Made by a program: the position numbers and the translations under genes. DNA of 64,000 nucleotides, from positions 1,030,533-1,094,532 of the forward strand of contig CAVSBQ010000002.1 of NCBI GenBank assembly GCA_963726265.1, in the 5' to 3' direction. Origin of the DNA: Candidatus Aenigmatarchaeota archaeon. GTDB taxonomy: Archaea; Aenigmatarchaeota; Aenigmatarchaeia; QMZP01; QMZT01. The first letter of the stretch is position 1, and every line of letters begins with the position of its first letter. The notes beneath the pieces were generated by a model. It did no database searches. It worked only from the letters and a program-made list of their open reading frames with translations, and was not told where the DNA came from. Of the stretch, positions 53,803 to 64,000 are shown piece by piece.

Positions 53803-53852
53803 GTCTTCTTTGCTTTATTAGTCCTTTTTTTTTGTATTATAAAAGGGTATCA

Positions 53853-54056
53853 ATGAAAGTTCAGGAGATGCGAACAACAATTTACAATAAAGAAGGCAAA
53901 AGAACATTTTACTATAAGAAAACACTGACTATCCCGAAAATGTTCTGCCAAATTCTTGCAATAGAAAAAGGCGAAGACTTGGAACCGAAACTCATCAATT
54001 TCAATAAAAATGACTGGAAAATTGAAATCATAAGAAAAGTTAAAAGAAGAGATTGA
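53853..54056 (+). CDS. AbrB/MazE-like small DNA-binding protein
   Basis: KTLTIPKMFCQILAIEKGEDLE pattern. Confidence 0.6.
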   Translation: MKVQEMRTTIYNKEGKRTFYYKKTLTIPKMFCQILAIEKGEDLEPKLINFNKNDWKIEIIRKVKRRD

Positions 54057-54178
54057 TTTTTCCGACTCATGTTTCATCTTCAGATTTCATAATATTTTTC
54101 TTGGATACCTGATATGATATCTAATTTGTGCCACTAAAAACATCCCATGTAAAAATCATCCTTCCAATTCCCATTCGT

Positions 54179-57100
54179 ATGAAAAGCTCTGTAAAACTCT
54201 CGATAGCCTTTGTTTTGTCCATTTCCCTTTTGTTCTCGTGCTCGTTGCTTTTGTGGAACGCTGAGGCCGACTTTTCCTTGCAGAAAGTCAGCCTCGGAAA
54301 CGATGCAGTTCGAATACAGACAGACCAAGCTACGCCCGTCCCTGTCGTGGACGTCCAGCTGCTCGAGAACACCGACCAGTGTCTGGCCGACTGCTACGCA
54401 ATCCTGAAATTTCATCCCTATCAGGACATGGCCATTCCGCCTCAGACCAATTCGGAATTCGCCTGGAATTTCGAGAAGGAAAAACCGTGGATGGACGGCC
54501 TCGTCTCTCACCATTTCGAGCTCCTTGAAACAACCGAGTACAAAGTCGATATCCCGGAATACGGTAAAACGTTCATCAACACAACATGCTATCACGAGGA
54601 CAACTCGACCTACGAGTGCGAGGTAGAGCAGACCGTCCAGACAGGCTCGCATCAGGAGACGAGATACAGGAACGAATACAAGCCGTTCGCCTTCTGGGGC
54701 GAAACTCTGAAAGCAAACCAGGACTACACGATAAAGCTCGTGGGCAAGAAGCGTCTCCATTTATTTGTAACCAATAACATCGACTGGATTCCAACAATAA
54801 AGGGACTTGACCTGAACGACTGGGCATGGTGGAATTCTAGCTGGAAATACAAACAGTCAATCAATGTCAGCATGACATCCAACGTTACTGGCTACCAACT
54901 TAAGATAGTTATCAACGAATCAAACAACGGATCACACTGGGACTGGACGAATGAATGCTCCGGGAAGTTCAGGATAGTGAACAAGGATGAAAATGAGACG
55001 CTGCCTTTCTGGATAGAGGAGTGTTCGGTTTCAGGCAAAAATATCACGTTCTGGTTCAACGGCTCTTTCAACGTCAACAACGGCACGCAGGCATACATTT
55101 ATTATGGAAATCCCTATGCTTCAAGCGGAAGCAACGGCACCCTGACCTTCCCTTTCTTTGATGACTTCGAGTACAGCGACAGCCCCTCAAATCATGGCTG
55201 GTCTCTCACCAATGCGAGTGGCGGGAACATATCCGTCAATAATTCATTCTACAAAACGGGCTCGCAATCGCTTTTGGTAAAAACTAACGGAAATACTCAT
55301 GCTTTAAACATTTCTTCTGGTTGGGGGAACTCCTCTCTGGAATGCTGGTTCCTCGATAACGGAGACTATGATGGCGGATTCACCGAAATAAACGTACTGC
55401 AATATGACAACACGACTGATGGGGTATATGTTGGCATAGACGAATCAGAAGTGCACTACAATTATTCATACAGATTTTACACTCCCGGGCAACAATACGA
55501 CACAAAAAAGGCGAGATCTAACGGATGGCATTCTTTGAGGATAACTTACAACGATTCAAGATATTATGTTTGGGTTGACGATGTTTACTACAATTCCACG
55601 GATAAACTCATTGCCCAGCCAACAAGAATAGTTCTTGGGTTTTGGTGGGCAAATCAATACGCCCAAAACTGGTTTGATGCGGTGAGGGTAAGAAAATATC
55701 TGCCCCAAGAGACTGCATACTCGTTGGGTTTGGAAAACGATGGCTGTCCTTCAGATGACACTTACATAAACGAAAACACGAAATTCGAGCCAGGTAATAT
55801 TTTTTGCAACGTACCCGATGGAGATAACGAAGGAGTGCTTATAATAAATGCTTCGAATATTATCTTGGATTGCAATGGCATGACATTGAATGGCATGGAT
55901 TCGGGGATAGGAATATATAATGATGGATTTGATAACGTAACAATAAAAAACTGCAATGTAAATAATTATAACAAGGGAATAGAATTTGAAAATAATGCTG
56001 ACAACAATACTATTTACAGCAATACACTTTATTCCAATATCGATCTGGAATTTTCTTTTTTTGCGATTCTTGTATCGGGCCGGAGGGAAATAATATAATC
56101 AACAATAAAATTGATTCAAATCAATTCGGGTTATACCTTTATCTTTCTTCTAAAAATACTATAGTTGGTAATAATATAACTAATAGTTCGCATTTTGGAA
56201 TAATTATAACTGATACTCATTTGAGGAGGTGGAGTATAACAATACAATATCTAACTTGTAGAATCAGATCAAAATGTGACATATTGCAATGGCAATTTTT
56301 ATGAAGCAATTTGTGATGTTTATATAGATAACGCAGCACTGAGATTTTCTTCCTAAATACTACATATAGTACAGAATATGTTGATGGAAACTCTAATCTC
56401 ACAAGGCAATGGTACGTGAAAGTCAACGTCACCGACAAGAACATGGTTGGCATCCAAAATTACAGGTTTCCGCGAAAGACAAGTATGGTAATATTGAATG
56501 GACAGAAAACACGTATTCAAACGGGCTGACAGGATGGAAAACAACGACTCAATACATCCACAACCAAAGCGGAATCTACAATTACACCCCCCACAACATC
56601 TCAGCCTCGCATCCGGATTACCCGTCAAACTTCACGGTGCAGAACATCACCGAAAGCAAGGTAATTCATCTTCTGCTCAAGCTGCCGTTAATCACGTTCA
56701 ACGTCACCAGCGGCGAGGACGGCAGCCCGTTGGACAACGTCAACATCGCATGCAACTACACCAGCTTCAACCAGAGTGACGATACCACGAACCCCTACGG
56801 GCCTTATGAGTTTCCAGTTGGAAGCTGGAGTTGTGAGTTTGAGGCAAAGCAACCGCAATTGCCAACAAATTACTTTAATGAAACAATAATATTCAACGCA
56901 AATGGAGATAAAACTGTAAATGTCGTGATGGACGAACAAGCATATCTTACGGTCCAAGAACATGATTGGCTTGAAAAACTTTTCAATTGTTTATATCTTG
57001 GAACTGGAGATGATTGTTCATCTTTGCAATTTTTTAACCAAATAAATCAGAGCACTACCAAAACATGGAACCAATTCAAGCGCACGGATCAGAGCATTGT

Positions 57101-57755
57101 AGCTTCAGAAATAATAACAAATAAAACAGTGAGTGAAAACTCAAACTTGACCATAAATTATTCAGTAAACGTTCCAATCAAGGAAGGCTTCAGTTTCGGT
57201 CAAACTTCTGGAGAAGTGAGACTCGATTACCTGCCAATAAGAATATCTTACTGGTTCTTGGATTCGAATAATTTGACTTGCTATTCGCAAGGTAACTATT
57301 CAGTAGCATTAGCCGAACCCTATTGTCAACCATTAACAGTTTATACCATCGGTCAGGTAAATACGACTCTTGATTTCACTGTCAGCTTAAGGCCGACTTT
57401 GCCTGCAGGAAATTACACCATCATCAGAAATATAGAAATAGATCCTGAACAGGTATGGATAGATTATGGTCAGGAAATAATCGGACAAGTTGAAATTTCT
57501 GGGGATAACAAGGAATCATATGCCATCGTGAAGAACACGAATAATATACTCAAAATGACAGAGAAAACAAATGAAGATACCCATCTAAAGGAAACATCTT
57601 CAGTAGAAAATGAACAGCAGCAAACAGATAAAACAACAGGAATGGTAACGATACAACCAATCGATAGCATATCTTATGTCGCAGTTATAGTTTCAATCAT
57701 AACTTTGCTACTAGTCGGCCTCATATACAAAAATTCGCGCAAAAGAAACCCTTGA
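54179..57755 (+). pseudogene. Large surface protein (about 1190 aa if restored): N-terminal module, DUF2341-like and lectin-like region, parallel beta-helix, stalk, C-terminal TM; five -1 frameshifts in 56037-56465 (possibly sequencing errors)
   Basis: The two long track ORFs (54128 and 56409) are bridged by short in-sense segments (GIFFFCDSCIGPEGNNIINNKID..., LTRQWYVKVNVTDKN); length plus 5 nt is divisible by 3. Confidence 0.75.
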
Positions 57756-57810
57756 GGTCGATAAGTCGTTTAAACATAAGTTTTTGTTCAGGTAAATCGA
57801 ATTATTAATT

Positions 57811-59944
57811 ATGAATAGAAATTTACTCTTAATAATTTTATTCATAAATATTCTAATTTCAAATTCTGCTGAAGCGTCACAAATCTATCTGAACAGGAAC
57901 GAATCGTGGGGAGGAAATCTGACGGGCATTTTCCATAGTTCGCTGGTTTTCGGCGACATAAACAATGACGGATATAATGACATGATATCAAGCGGCTGCA
58001 CGGCGGGCGACATTACCACATGCACGACGGCGATTACGAAAGTTTATACCAATAATGGAACCACGTTGACCGAAAACCAGACGTGGCAGCAAAATCTCAC
58101 AGGCGTTGGTCTTAGCTCACTCTCACTAGGAGATATCGACAACGACGGGAATTTGGATTTGGTTTTGGCCGGAGACATGGGAGGATTTGATGGCACGATA
58201 AAGGTCTACACGAACAATGGCACTGTCTTCAATGAAAATTTGTCATGGGAAGCAAATCTTACTGACATTAGCGTAATTGGCGGTTCTGTCGCTCTTGGTG
58301 ATGTTAATAATGATGGCAGAATCGATTTAGCTTTAGAAGGTGCTGATTCCTCGAATAAAAATGGAATTTATATTAACAATGGTACATCCTTCAATAAAGA
58401 TTTCTATTGGGTAAATAATATGTCATTAGCCGGGCAAGGATATGGATTTGGTGTAAATGCGTTAGGAGATTTGAATAACGATGGACTTATAGATTTGATA
58501 TTTTCTGGTAGCTATAGCACAAATTTTTATGTAAATGTTTACATTAATAATGGAAGTTCTCTAATCGAAAATGCCACATGGCGAAATGGCTTAGATACTT
58601 GGGCATGGCCATCGATTATTCTTGGAGATTATGACAACGATGGGGATATGGATTTGGCATATATGGGAACACATGGTGGTGACAGGTTTTATATATATAA
58701 TAATTCTGGAAATACGTTTATTCGCGGGCAGCTTGTTGGAGGTCTTTTTGATGGTTCAATATCATGGGGAGATTACAACAATGATGGTTATTTGGACTTG
58801 GCTTCAATGGGAAAGGAAGAAGATAGAAGTGTAATTTTTTTTAATAATTTTACAGATTTTTTATATGATTCTAATGTTAACATCGATTTTCGAACTGATA
58901 ACATGCAGCAGGGTTCACTTGCCTGGATTGATTTAGATAATGACAGAGATTTGGATTTGGCATGTAATGGAAATGGTTATGGAATCGGTTTGTTAAACAA
59001 AATTTACATCAGTAATTCAACAACATCAAATAATAGCCCGACACCTCCAATATCGTATTTCAACTCCACCTTCAACTTCTCAATCGGTAAATTAACATTG
59101 TCATGGGGCAACGGTTCCGACGTCGAGACTCCGACACTCGGTCTGTATTACAATCTTCGCGTCGGAACCTGTTCAGGTTGCCACGACGTGGTTTCGGGCA
59201 TTTATGGCGGCTCTTCAAACCCGACCGCAGGTTACTTCGGCAACATGATGCAGAGGAAGCGCATCGTCTTGAACAGGCCGGATCTGGAGAACAAGACGAT
59301 TTATTGGGCGGTGCAGACGATAGATACTGGTCTTGGCGAAATCTGCGTGGTCAACGGAGCAGGTATATCACATAGCACAACAGTGCACCGAGAATTGGAC
59401 TTACGGTGCATGGTCTTCTTGTGTCAATAACCAGCAGACTAGGACTGCTACTGACTCGAATAACTGCGGAACGACGATAAACAAGAGTGCGACCATTCAG
59501 AGCTGCACCTCATCTGCGCCGCCGTCAGGCGGCAGTCCTGCGCTGCCGGCTGCGACGAAGAACGAGACGAACGGGACCTCTGCGAATGCCGGTTCCTCGG
59601 GAACAAACACGACAAACGCCTCCGGTAACGTCAGTGCAGGCGCGAACGCGGATTCTTTGATGAACGGAAGCAACCAAAGCATGATAACATGCGTGCCTCT
59701 TGACGTCAAATGCGAAGGCAATGCTTTGCTGGAATGCGCTGCTTCGGAGATGAGATGGGCGGTCAAGCAGATATGCGAGTATGGCTGCGATGATGGGAGA
59801 TGCAAGGAAAAGCCTTTTTGGTCTGCGGACATTTTCAGTTATTTGTGGTTGTTGGCAATTGCCGTCGTCGTTCTCGTTGCAGTTGTCTTTTTTCTTTTTT
59901 TGAAAACGAAAAGAACCAGTCATGAGGGTTTTTCAGTTGCCTGA
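57811..59944 (+). CDS. FG-GAP/VCBS beta-propeller adhesin with FnIII-like domain, Cys-rich modules and TM anchor; +1 frameshift at about 59335
   Basis: Repeated GDxNNDGxxDL motifs; YWAVQTIDTGL continues as AKSAWS in the next frame. Restored ORF is 710 aa. Confidence 0.87.
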
Positions 59945-59977
59945 AATGTTTTTAATTAGCGCCTACAATTCGATACC

Positions 59978-61188
59978 ATGGAACTCTGGGTGGACAAATA
60001 CAAGCCTGTGACGGCGAAGGAAATCCTCAGCCAGGGAACGGCGGTCAGCGAGGTACTCAGGTGGCTTGAGGCATGGAAGCCGGGCAAGGCGCTGCTTCTC
60101 GCAGGGCCGTCGGGGACGGGGAAAACTCTCATAGCCGAGGTCATGGCGAAAGAGCGCGGGTGGCTGCTCAGCCAGATAAACGCCAGCGACGAGCGCAATT
60201 CCGAGGCGATAGAAAAAGCGCTTTCCGAGGCTTCGAAGGACAGGACGCTTTTCCACTCGGGCAAGATCATTCTCATAGACGAGGTCGACGGCATAGCCGG
60301 CAGCGACCGCGGAGGCGTAGGCGCGATAGCGAAGATAATAAAGGCATCGAGGTTCCCGGTCATACTGGCCGCGAACGACCCTTACCTTCCCAAACTCCAG
60401 CCGCTCAGGCTCAGCTCGAAAATCGTCAAGCTCTCCAAAATCGACGCGCGCTCGATAGAGAAACGCCTCCGCGAGATTTGCGATAAGGAAGGGATAAAGG
60501 CGGAAGGCGACGTGCTGAAGAACCTCGCGCGCTGGTCTTCGGGCGACATGCGCTCGGCCATAACCGACCTCCAGATGCTCTGCGAGGACAGGAAGGAGAT
60601 AAACGAGAAAGATTTCGAGGCGCTCGGCTTCCGCGAAAGGGAGACTAACATCTTTGTCGTCCTTCCGACAGTTTTCAGGTCGAAGAACATCAACGCCGCC
60701 AGGAAGGCGATAAGCGGCTGCGACAAGGACGCGGATGAGATATTCTGGTGGGTCGAGAACAACATCCCGCAGGAATTCGAAGGCGAAGCGCTGGCGAACG
60801 CGCTTGACATGCTTTCTAAGGCCGACCTCTTCCGCAGCAAGGTCTCCCAGCAGCAGAACTGGCGCTTCCGCATGCACATGGCCGACATGCTCGCGGGCAT
60901 ATCGCTCGCCGGCGAGACGACGCACGCATACGTTGCCTACAGGCCGCCGGACAGGTTTGCCCTGCTGTCGCGGCTCAAGTTCAAGAAGGCCGAGATGGGA
61001 GCGCTCTACGTCAAGCTTTCGGCCTACACACACAGCCCGCAGAAAATCGTGAAGAACGAATACCTCCCTATCTCAGAATAATCCTTTCAGGCAAAGCCGA
61101 GGATGCGCAGGAAGAACAAGAAGAAAAACGAGCAAGGCACGGCGTGGAGCTCACAGAAGATGAAGTCAAGTCGATTGTTTCTGGTTAG
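59978..61188 (+). CDS. rfcL: Replication factor C large subunit, -1 frameshift at about 61069
   Basis: LWVDKYKP, GPSGTGKT, INASDER and IDEVDG motifs; EYLP continues as YLRIILSG...ELTEDEVKSIVSG in the shifted frame (403 aa restored). Confidence 0.93.
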
Positions 61189-61196
61189 CTGGGATT

Positions 61197-62148
61197 TCAC
61201 TTCAGGTAAACGTTCCCGAAGTTGTTGAGAAAGATGTAGTCGTCGTCCGTCTCCGCCTTCTTGATGTAGGTGATCATTTCCGTGATCTTCGAATCGGTCT
61301 CGTCAGCGAGATAGACCGCCAGCGCTTCCGGAATCGAAGGCTGCTTGGGCGAGCCGTACTCCAGCTTTCCGTGGTGGCTGAGGAGCATGTGCTTTACCTT
61401 GAGCTTGAGCTCGTCCGGCGTTTTGAGCAGGTCCATCTTCCTCGACACGTCCTCGAAGGTCATGGCCAGATGCCCCAGCAGCATGCCCTCGTTCGACGGC
61501 TTTATGTGGGTCGTGACCTCCAGCTCGCGCATCTTGCCGATGTCGTGGAGTATCGCGCCGGTGAGCATGAGGTCGCGGTTGAGCTGCGGGATGTATCCTG
61601 TGCAGGAAGTCGCATATCTTCATCACGTTGAGCGTGTGCTCGAGCAGGCCGCCCAGCCAGCCGTGGTGCTTGTACATCGCGCCAGGGTGACGAATGAACT
61701 TCTCTGAGAAAACAGGGTCCTTGATGAAGGCGTAGACCAGCCCCTTGAGGTGCATGTTGTCCATCGAGTCCGCGATTGCCGTGAGCTCCTTGTACATCTC
61801 CTTCGTGTCCTTCTCGCTCTCGGGGATGAAATCGGTCCGGTCGTATTCGTGCGCTTCGAGGACGGCGAGCTTGCCCAGCGGCGGGTTGATGTTTATCACG
61901 AGGTTGTCGTTGTAAAGCGTGCTCTCTCCCGCCACGTAGACGACGCCGTCCTTCTTCACCGAGTTGTAGAGGCGCTCGATCTCGTCCTTGTTGTCAGAGC
62001 CCCAGTATCTGGCCATAACCTCGCCGGACGGGTCGCCCAGCCTGAGCTGGAACGAGTAGCCCTTCGCGTATTTCTGCACGGGCTTCTTGAACCTGACCAC
62101 GAACTTCCCGTCTACCGCTTCGTAAGGCACGATGTTTTTTATGAGCAT
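61197..62148 (-). CDS. OB-fold plus HD-domain 3'-5' exoribonuclease (YhaM-like), +1 frameshift at about 61589
   Basis: HHGWLGGLLEHT, LHDIGK, LLGH and SHHG motifs split over two frames; 316 aa restored. Confidence 0.9.
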
Positions 62149-62216
62149 GCTATCATGAATAAGATTCGCATCGCCGCTTTAAAAATAATATAAGCCAGCG
62201 GGCCAAGAATAGAAAC

Positions 62217-62624
62217 ATGGCAGATTTCGCTGAAGACGAAGCGCAGGAGGCGGAAGGGTTCGCGCGCGAGGAATACGTCGACTTCGAGAAGCTCAAGGAG
62301 AAGGTCGGGCGCTTCGTGCGCGAGCGCGACTGGGAGAAATACCACAATCCCAAGGATCTGGCGGTCGCGATTTCAGTCGAAGCGGGCGAGCTGCTGGAGC
62401 TCTTCGAATGGATGAAGGAGAGCGACCTGGAGAAGATAAAGGAGAACAGCCGCCTCATCGAAAGCATAGAGGGCGAGCTTGCCGACATACTCAACTTCTG
62501 CATCAGCATGGCCAACGCGCTCGACCTGGACCTGGGCAGGATAGTCCTCAACAAGCTGAAGGAAGCCGAGAAGAAATACCCCAAGGACAAGTTCAGGGGT
62601 GTGTGGAACAGGCCTGACAAATAG
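62217..62624 (+). CDS. MazG-like all-alpha NTP pyrophosphohydrolase (dCTPase-like)
   Basis: RDWEKYHNPKDL..ISVEAGELLE, EGELADI, KYP motifs. Confidence 0.92.
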   Translation: MADFAEDEAQEAEGFAREEYVDFEKLKEKVGRFVRERDWEKYHNPKDLAVAISVEAGELLELFEWMKESDLEKIKENSRLIESIEGELADILNFCISMANALDLDLGRIVLNKLKEAEKKYPKDKFRGVWNRPDK

Positions 62625-62652
62625 ATTTAAAGCTTTATACTACTTTTAGGTT

Positions 62653-63081
62653 ATGAGGAAACATGACGCTAGTGGCGTTGATGATGACGGTATACTAAAA
62701 CCAATAAGAAATCGCTTCACGGGAAGACTTCATCCAGAAAATTTTGCAGTGTATGAAGAAAATTTTTACAGAAGTTGCGGAGAGTTTATCAAAGGAATAT
62801 ATCTTGCCGAAAAAAAGCGTGATTATTCTGAAGCCACAATCATTCCTCTTAGCAATTGCTTAAATCTCATAAGTCATATTGAAGAAAAATTATCCAGAGC
62901 CTATGTTGAACTATACTCGCAAGAAAAAGACGATGCAGTCAGATTAACCGTATTTGACTGGCTCACGAGAAAAGGCAACGATCCGTTTTTTGACAAATAC
63001 GGGCACAAGATAGAAAAACTGAAAATGACAGTAGAAGACGTAAAAGCAGCAGCAAGCAAGCTTGGCTTTGAATTTTGCTAG
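62653..63081 (+). CDS. Hypothetical protein (AT-rich orphan)
   Basis: 142-aa ORF. Confidence 0.6.
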   Translation: MRKHDASGVDDDGILKPIRNRFTGRLHPENFAVYEENFYRSCGEFIKGIYLAEKKRDYSEATIIPLSNCLNLISHIEEKLSRAYVELYSQEKDDAVRLTVFDWLTRKGNDPFFDKYGHKIEKLKMTVEDVKAAASKLGFEFC

Positions 63082-63119
63082 GAAAGGATAATAATATCCG
63101 GCTGGATAATATTCTAATC

Positions 63120-63644
63120 ATGAAAGTTATCATTCTCCGCCTGGGCCATCGCATTTCGCGCGACCATCGAATCTCGACGCACTGCGGCCTGGTGGCGAGG
63201 GCGCTGGGCGCGGACGGGATTGTTTATACTGGCGAACATGACCAGAGCGTGCTCGAAAGCGTACGCCGAGTTTCGGAGCAGTGGGGCGGGAGATTTGCGG
63301 CGCAATACGAGGCTGGCTGGAAGAAAGTCGTCGCCGCATACAAAAGGAAAGGCTTTGCTGTCGTCCATCTCACTGTCTACGGCATGCCCGTGCAGAAGAC
63401 CATCCGCAGAATAAAAAACAGGGGCAAAATTCTCGTGGTCATCGGAGGCGAGAAGGTCCCGTGGGAGATGTATGGCCTCGCCGACTTCAACGTCTCGGTC
63501 ACGGGCCAGCCGCATTCGGAAATCGCCGCCCTGGCGGTCTTTCTGGACAGGCTTTTCGCAGGGAAGGAACTGGACAGGAAGTTCGCTGGCGCGAAGAAGA
63601 TCGTCGTTCCCCAGGAGCGCGGGAAAAAAATCATCGGCAAATGA
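63120..63644 (+). CDS. trm56: tRNA (cytidine-56-2'-O)-methyltransferase
   Basis: LRLGHR..RDHRISTH, HLTVYG, GGEKVP and QPHSEIAALAVFLDRL motifs. Confidence 0.96.
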   Translation: MKVIILRLGHRISRDHRISTHCGLVARALGADGIVYTGEHDQSVLESVRRVSEQWGGRFAAQYEAGWKKVVAAYKRKGFAVVHLTVYGMPVQKTIRRIKNRGKILVVIGGEKVPWEMYGLADFNVSVTGQPHSEIAALAVFLDRLFAGKELDRKFAGAKKIVVPQERGKKIIGK

Positions 63645-63782
63645 AACCCTTAATTTTCATTAAATCCCATGCGAAAATCATGCGATATCGCCAACATATT
63701 TATTAGTGTCCGGTGCCAATTAGTTAAATAAAGGTTTGCTTTTAAGCGCATATCTGCGGGTTGAATACGGTATGATGAAAGC

Positions 63783-64000
63783 ATGGCAGACAGGATGAGC
63801 CTTTGGGCAAAACTTTTTTATAAATACCGCAGGTTTGTAAAGGCAATAGAGCTTTATCTGCTGATAGCCGGCCCAGGCATCATAGTCATGGTCGCTGACA
63901 ACGATGCCGGCGGCATCACCACCTACGCCGCGACAGGCGCGAAATTCGGCTATGGCCTCATATGGTTCCTCATTCTTCTCGGCCCGGTTGCGTATATTGT
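63783..64000 (+). CDS. NRAMP-family divalent metal transporter, 5' part (runs off the window)
   Basis: GPGIIVMVADNDAGGITTYAATGAKFGY. Confidence 0.88.
   Translation, partial: MADRMSLWAKLFYKYRRFVKAIELYLLIAGPGIIVMVADNDAGGITTYAATGAKFGYGLIWFLILLGPVAYI

Noticed and set aside
57778-57802. Possible third, inverted copy of the 42011/46830 motif
   Set aside because: Only GTTTTTGTTC matches; the inverted-repeat arms and spacing do not.
54179-59944. Diversity-generating retroelement acting on the adhesins
   Set aside because: No reverse transcriptase and no TR/VR near-duplicate pair differing at adenines was seen.
10291-62148. Programmed ribosomal frameshifting as a shared explanation for the split genes
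   Set aside because: Mixed +1 and -1 directions, no common slippery sequence or downstream structure, unrelated functions, and clustering that fits sequence error better.
63645-63782. Metal-sensing riboswitch upstream of the NRAMP gene
   Set aside because: The leader is short and AT-rich with no recognisable M-box or yybP-ykoY core.

Overview
Archaeal chromosome segment, most likely a DPANN lineage (Aenigmatarchaeota-like). This is an inference from the gene set: archaeal ribosomal proteins (L10e, L7Ae, S28e, L24e), EF-1beta, Bud32, aTrm56, CDC48, RFC-L, BHB-intron tRNAs, a prepilin cluster and large surface adhesins. The backbone is housekeeping genes: rnhB, the S5-L30-L15-secY block, cysS, the TtuA/TtuB tRNA-thiolation pair, non-oxidative pentose phosphate enzymes and sugar-nucleotide enzymes. 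It is interrupted by single AT-rich orphan genes and an AT-rich adhesin island at about 53.7-60 kb. There are five tRNA genes, three of them with introns. The most striking signal is the tRNA-Leu locus at 29807-29956. A 16-nt tandem duplication creates two mutually exclusive 7-nt anticodon micro-exons (GUUUAGG and GUUCAGG). Each is flanked by its own plausible pair of bulge-helix-bulge motifs, so one gene could be spliced into either tRNA-Leu(UAG) or tRNA-Leu(CAG). Also notable: a minimal group-4 [NiFe]-hydrogenase operon with no small or antiporter subunit in the window, a two-intron tRNA-Glu, a wHTH-ORF-CDC48 operon with a tandem operator, a 28-bp motif shared by two envelope-protein promoters, an RHH-nucleotidyltransferase fusion, MC1, and mosaic adhesins. 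Seven genes carry single-base frameshifts, most likely sequencing or assembly indels. No rRNA, CRISPR array, integrase or transposase was found. All family assignments come from recognising motifs by eye; no database searches were run.
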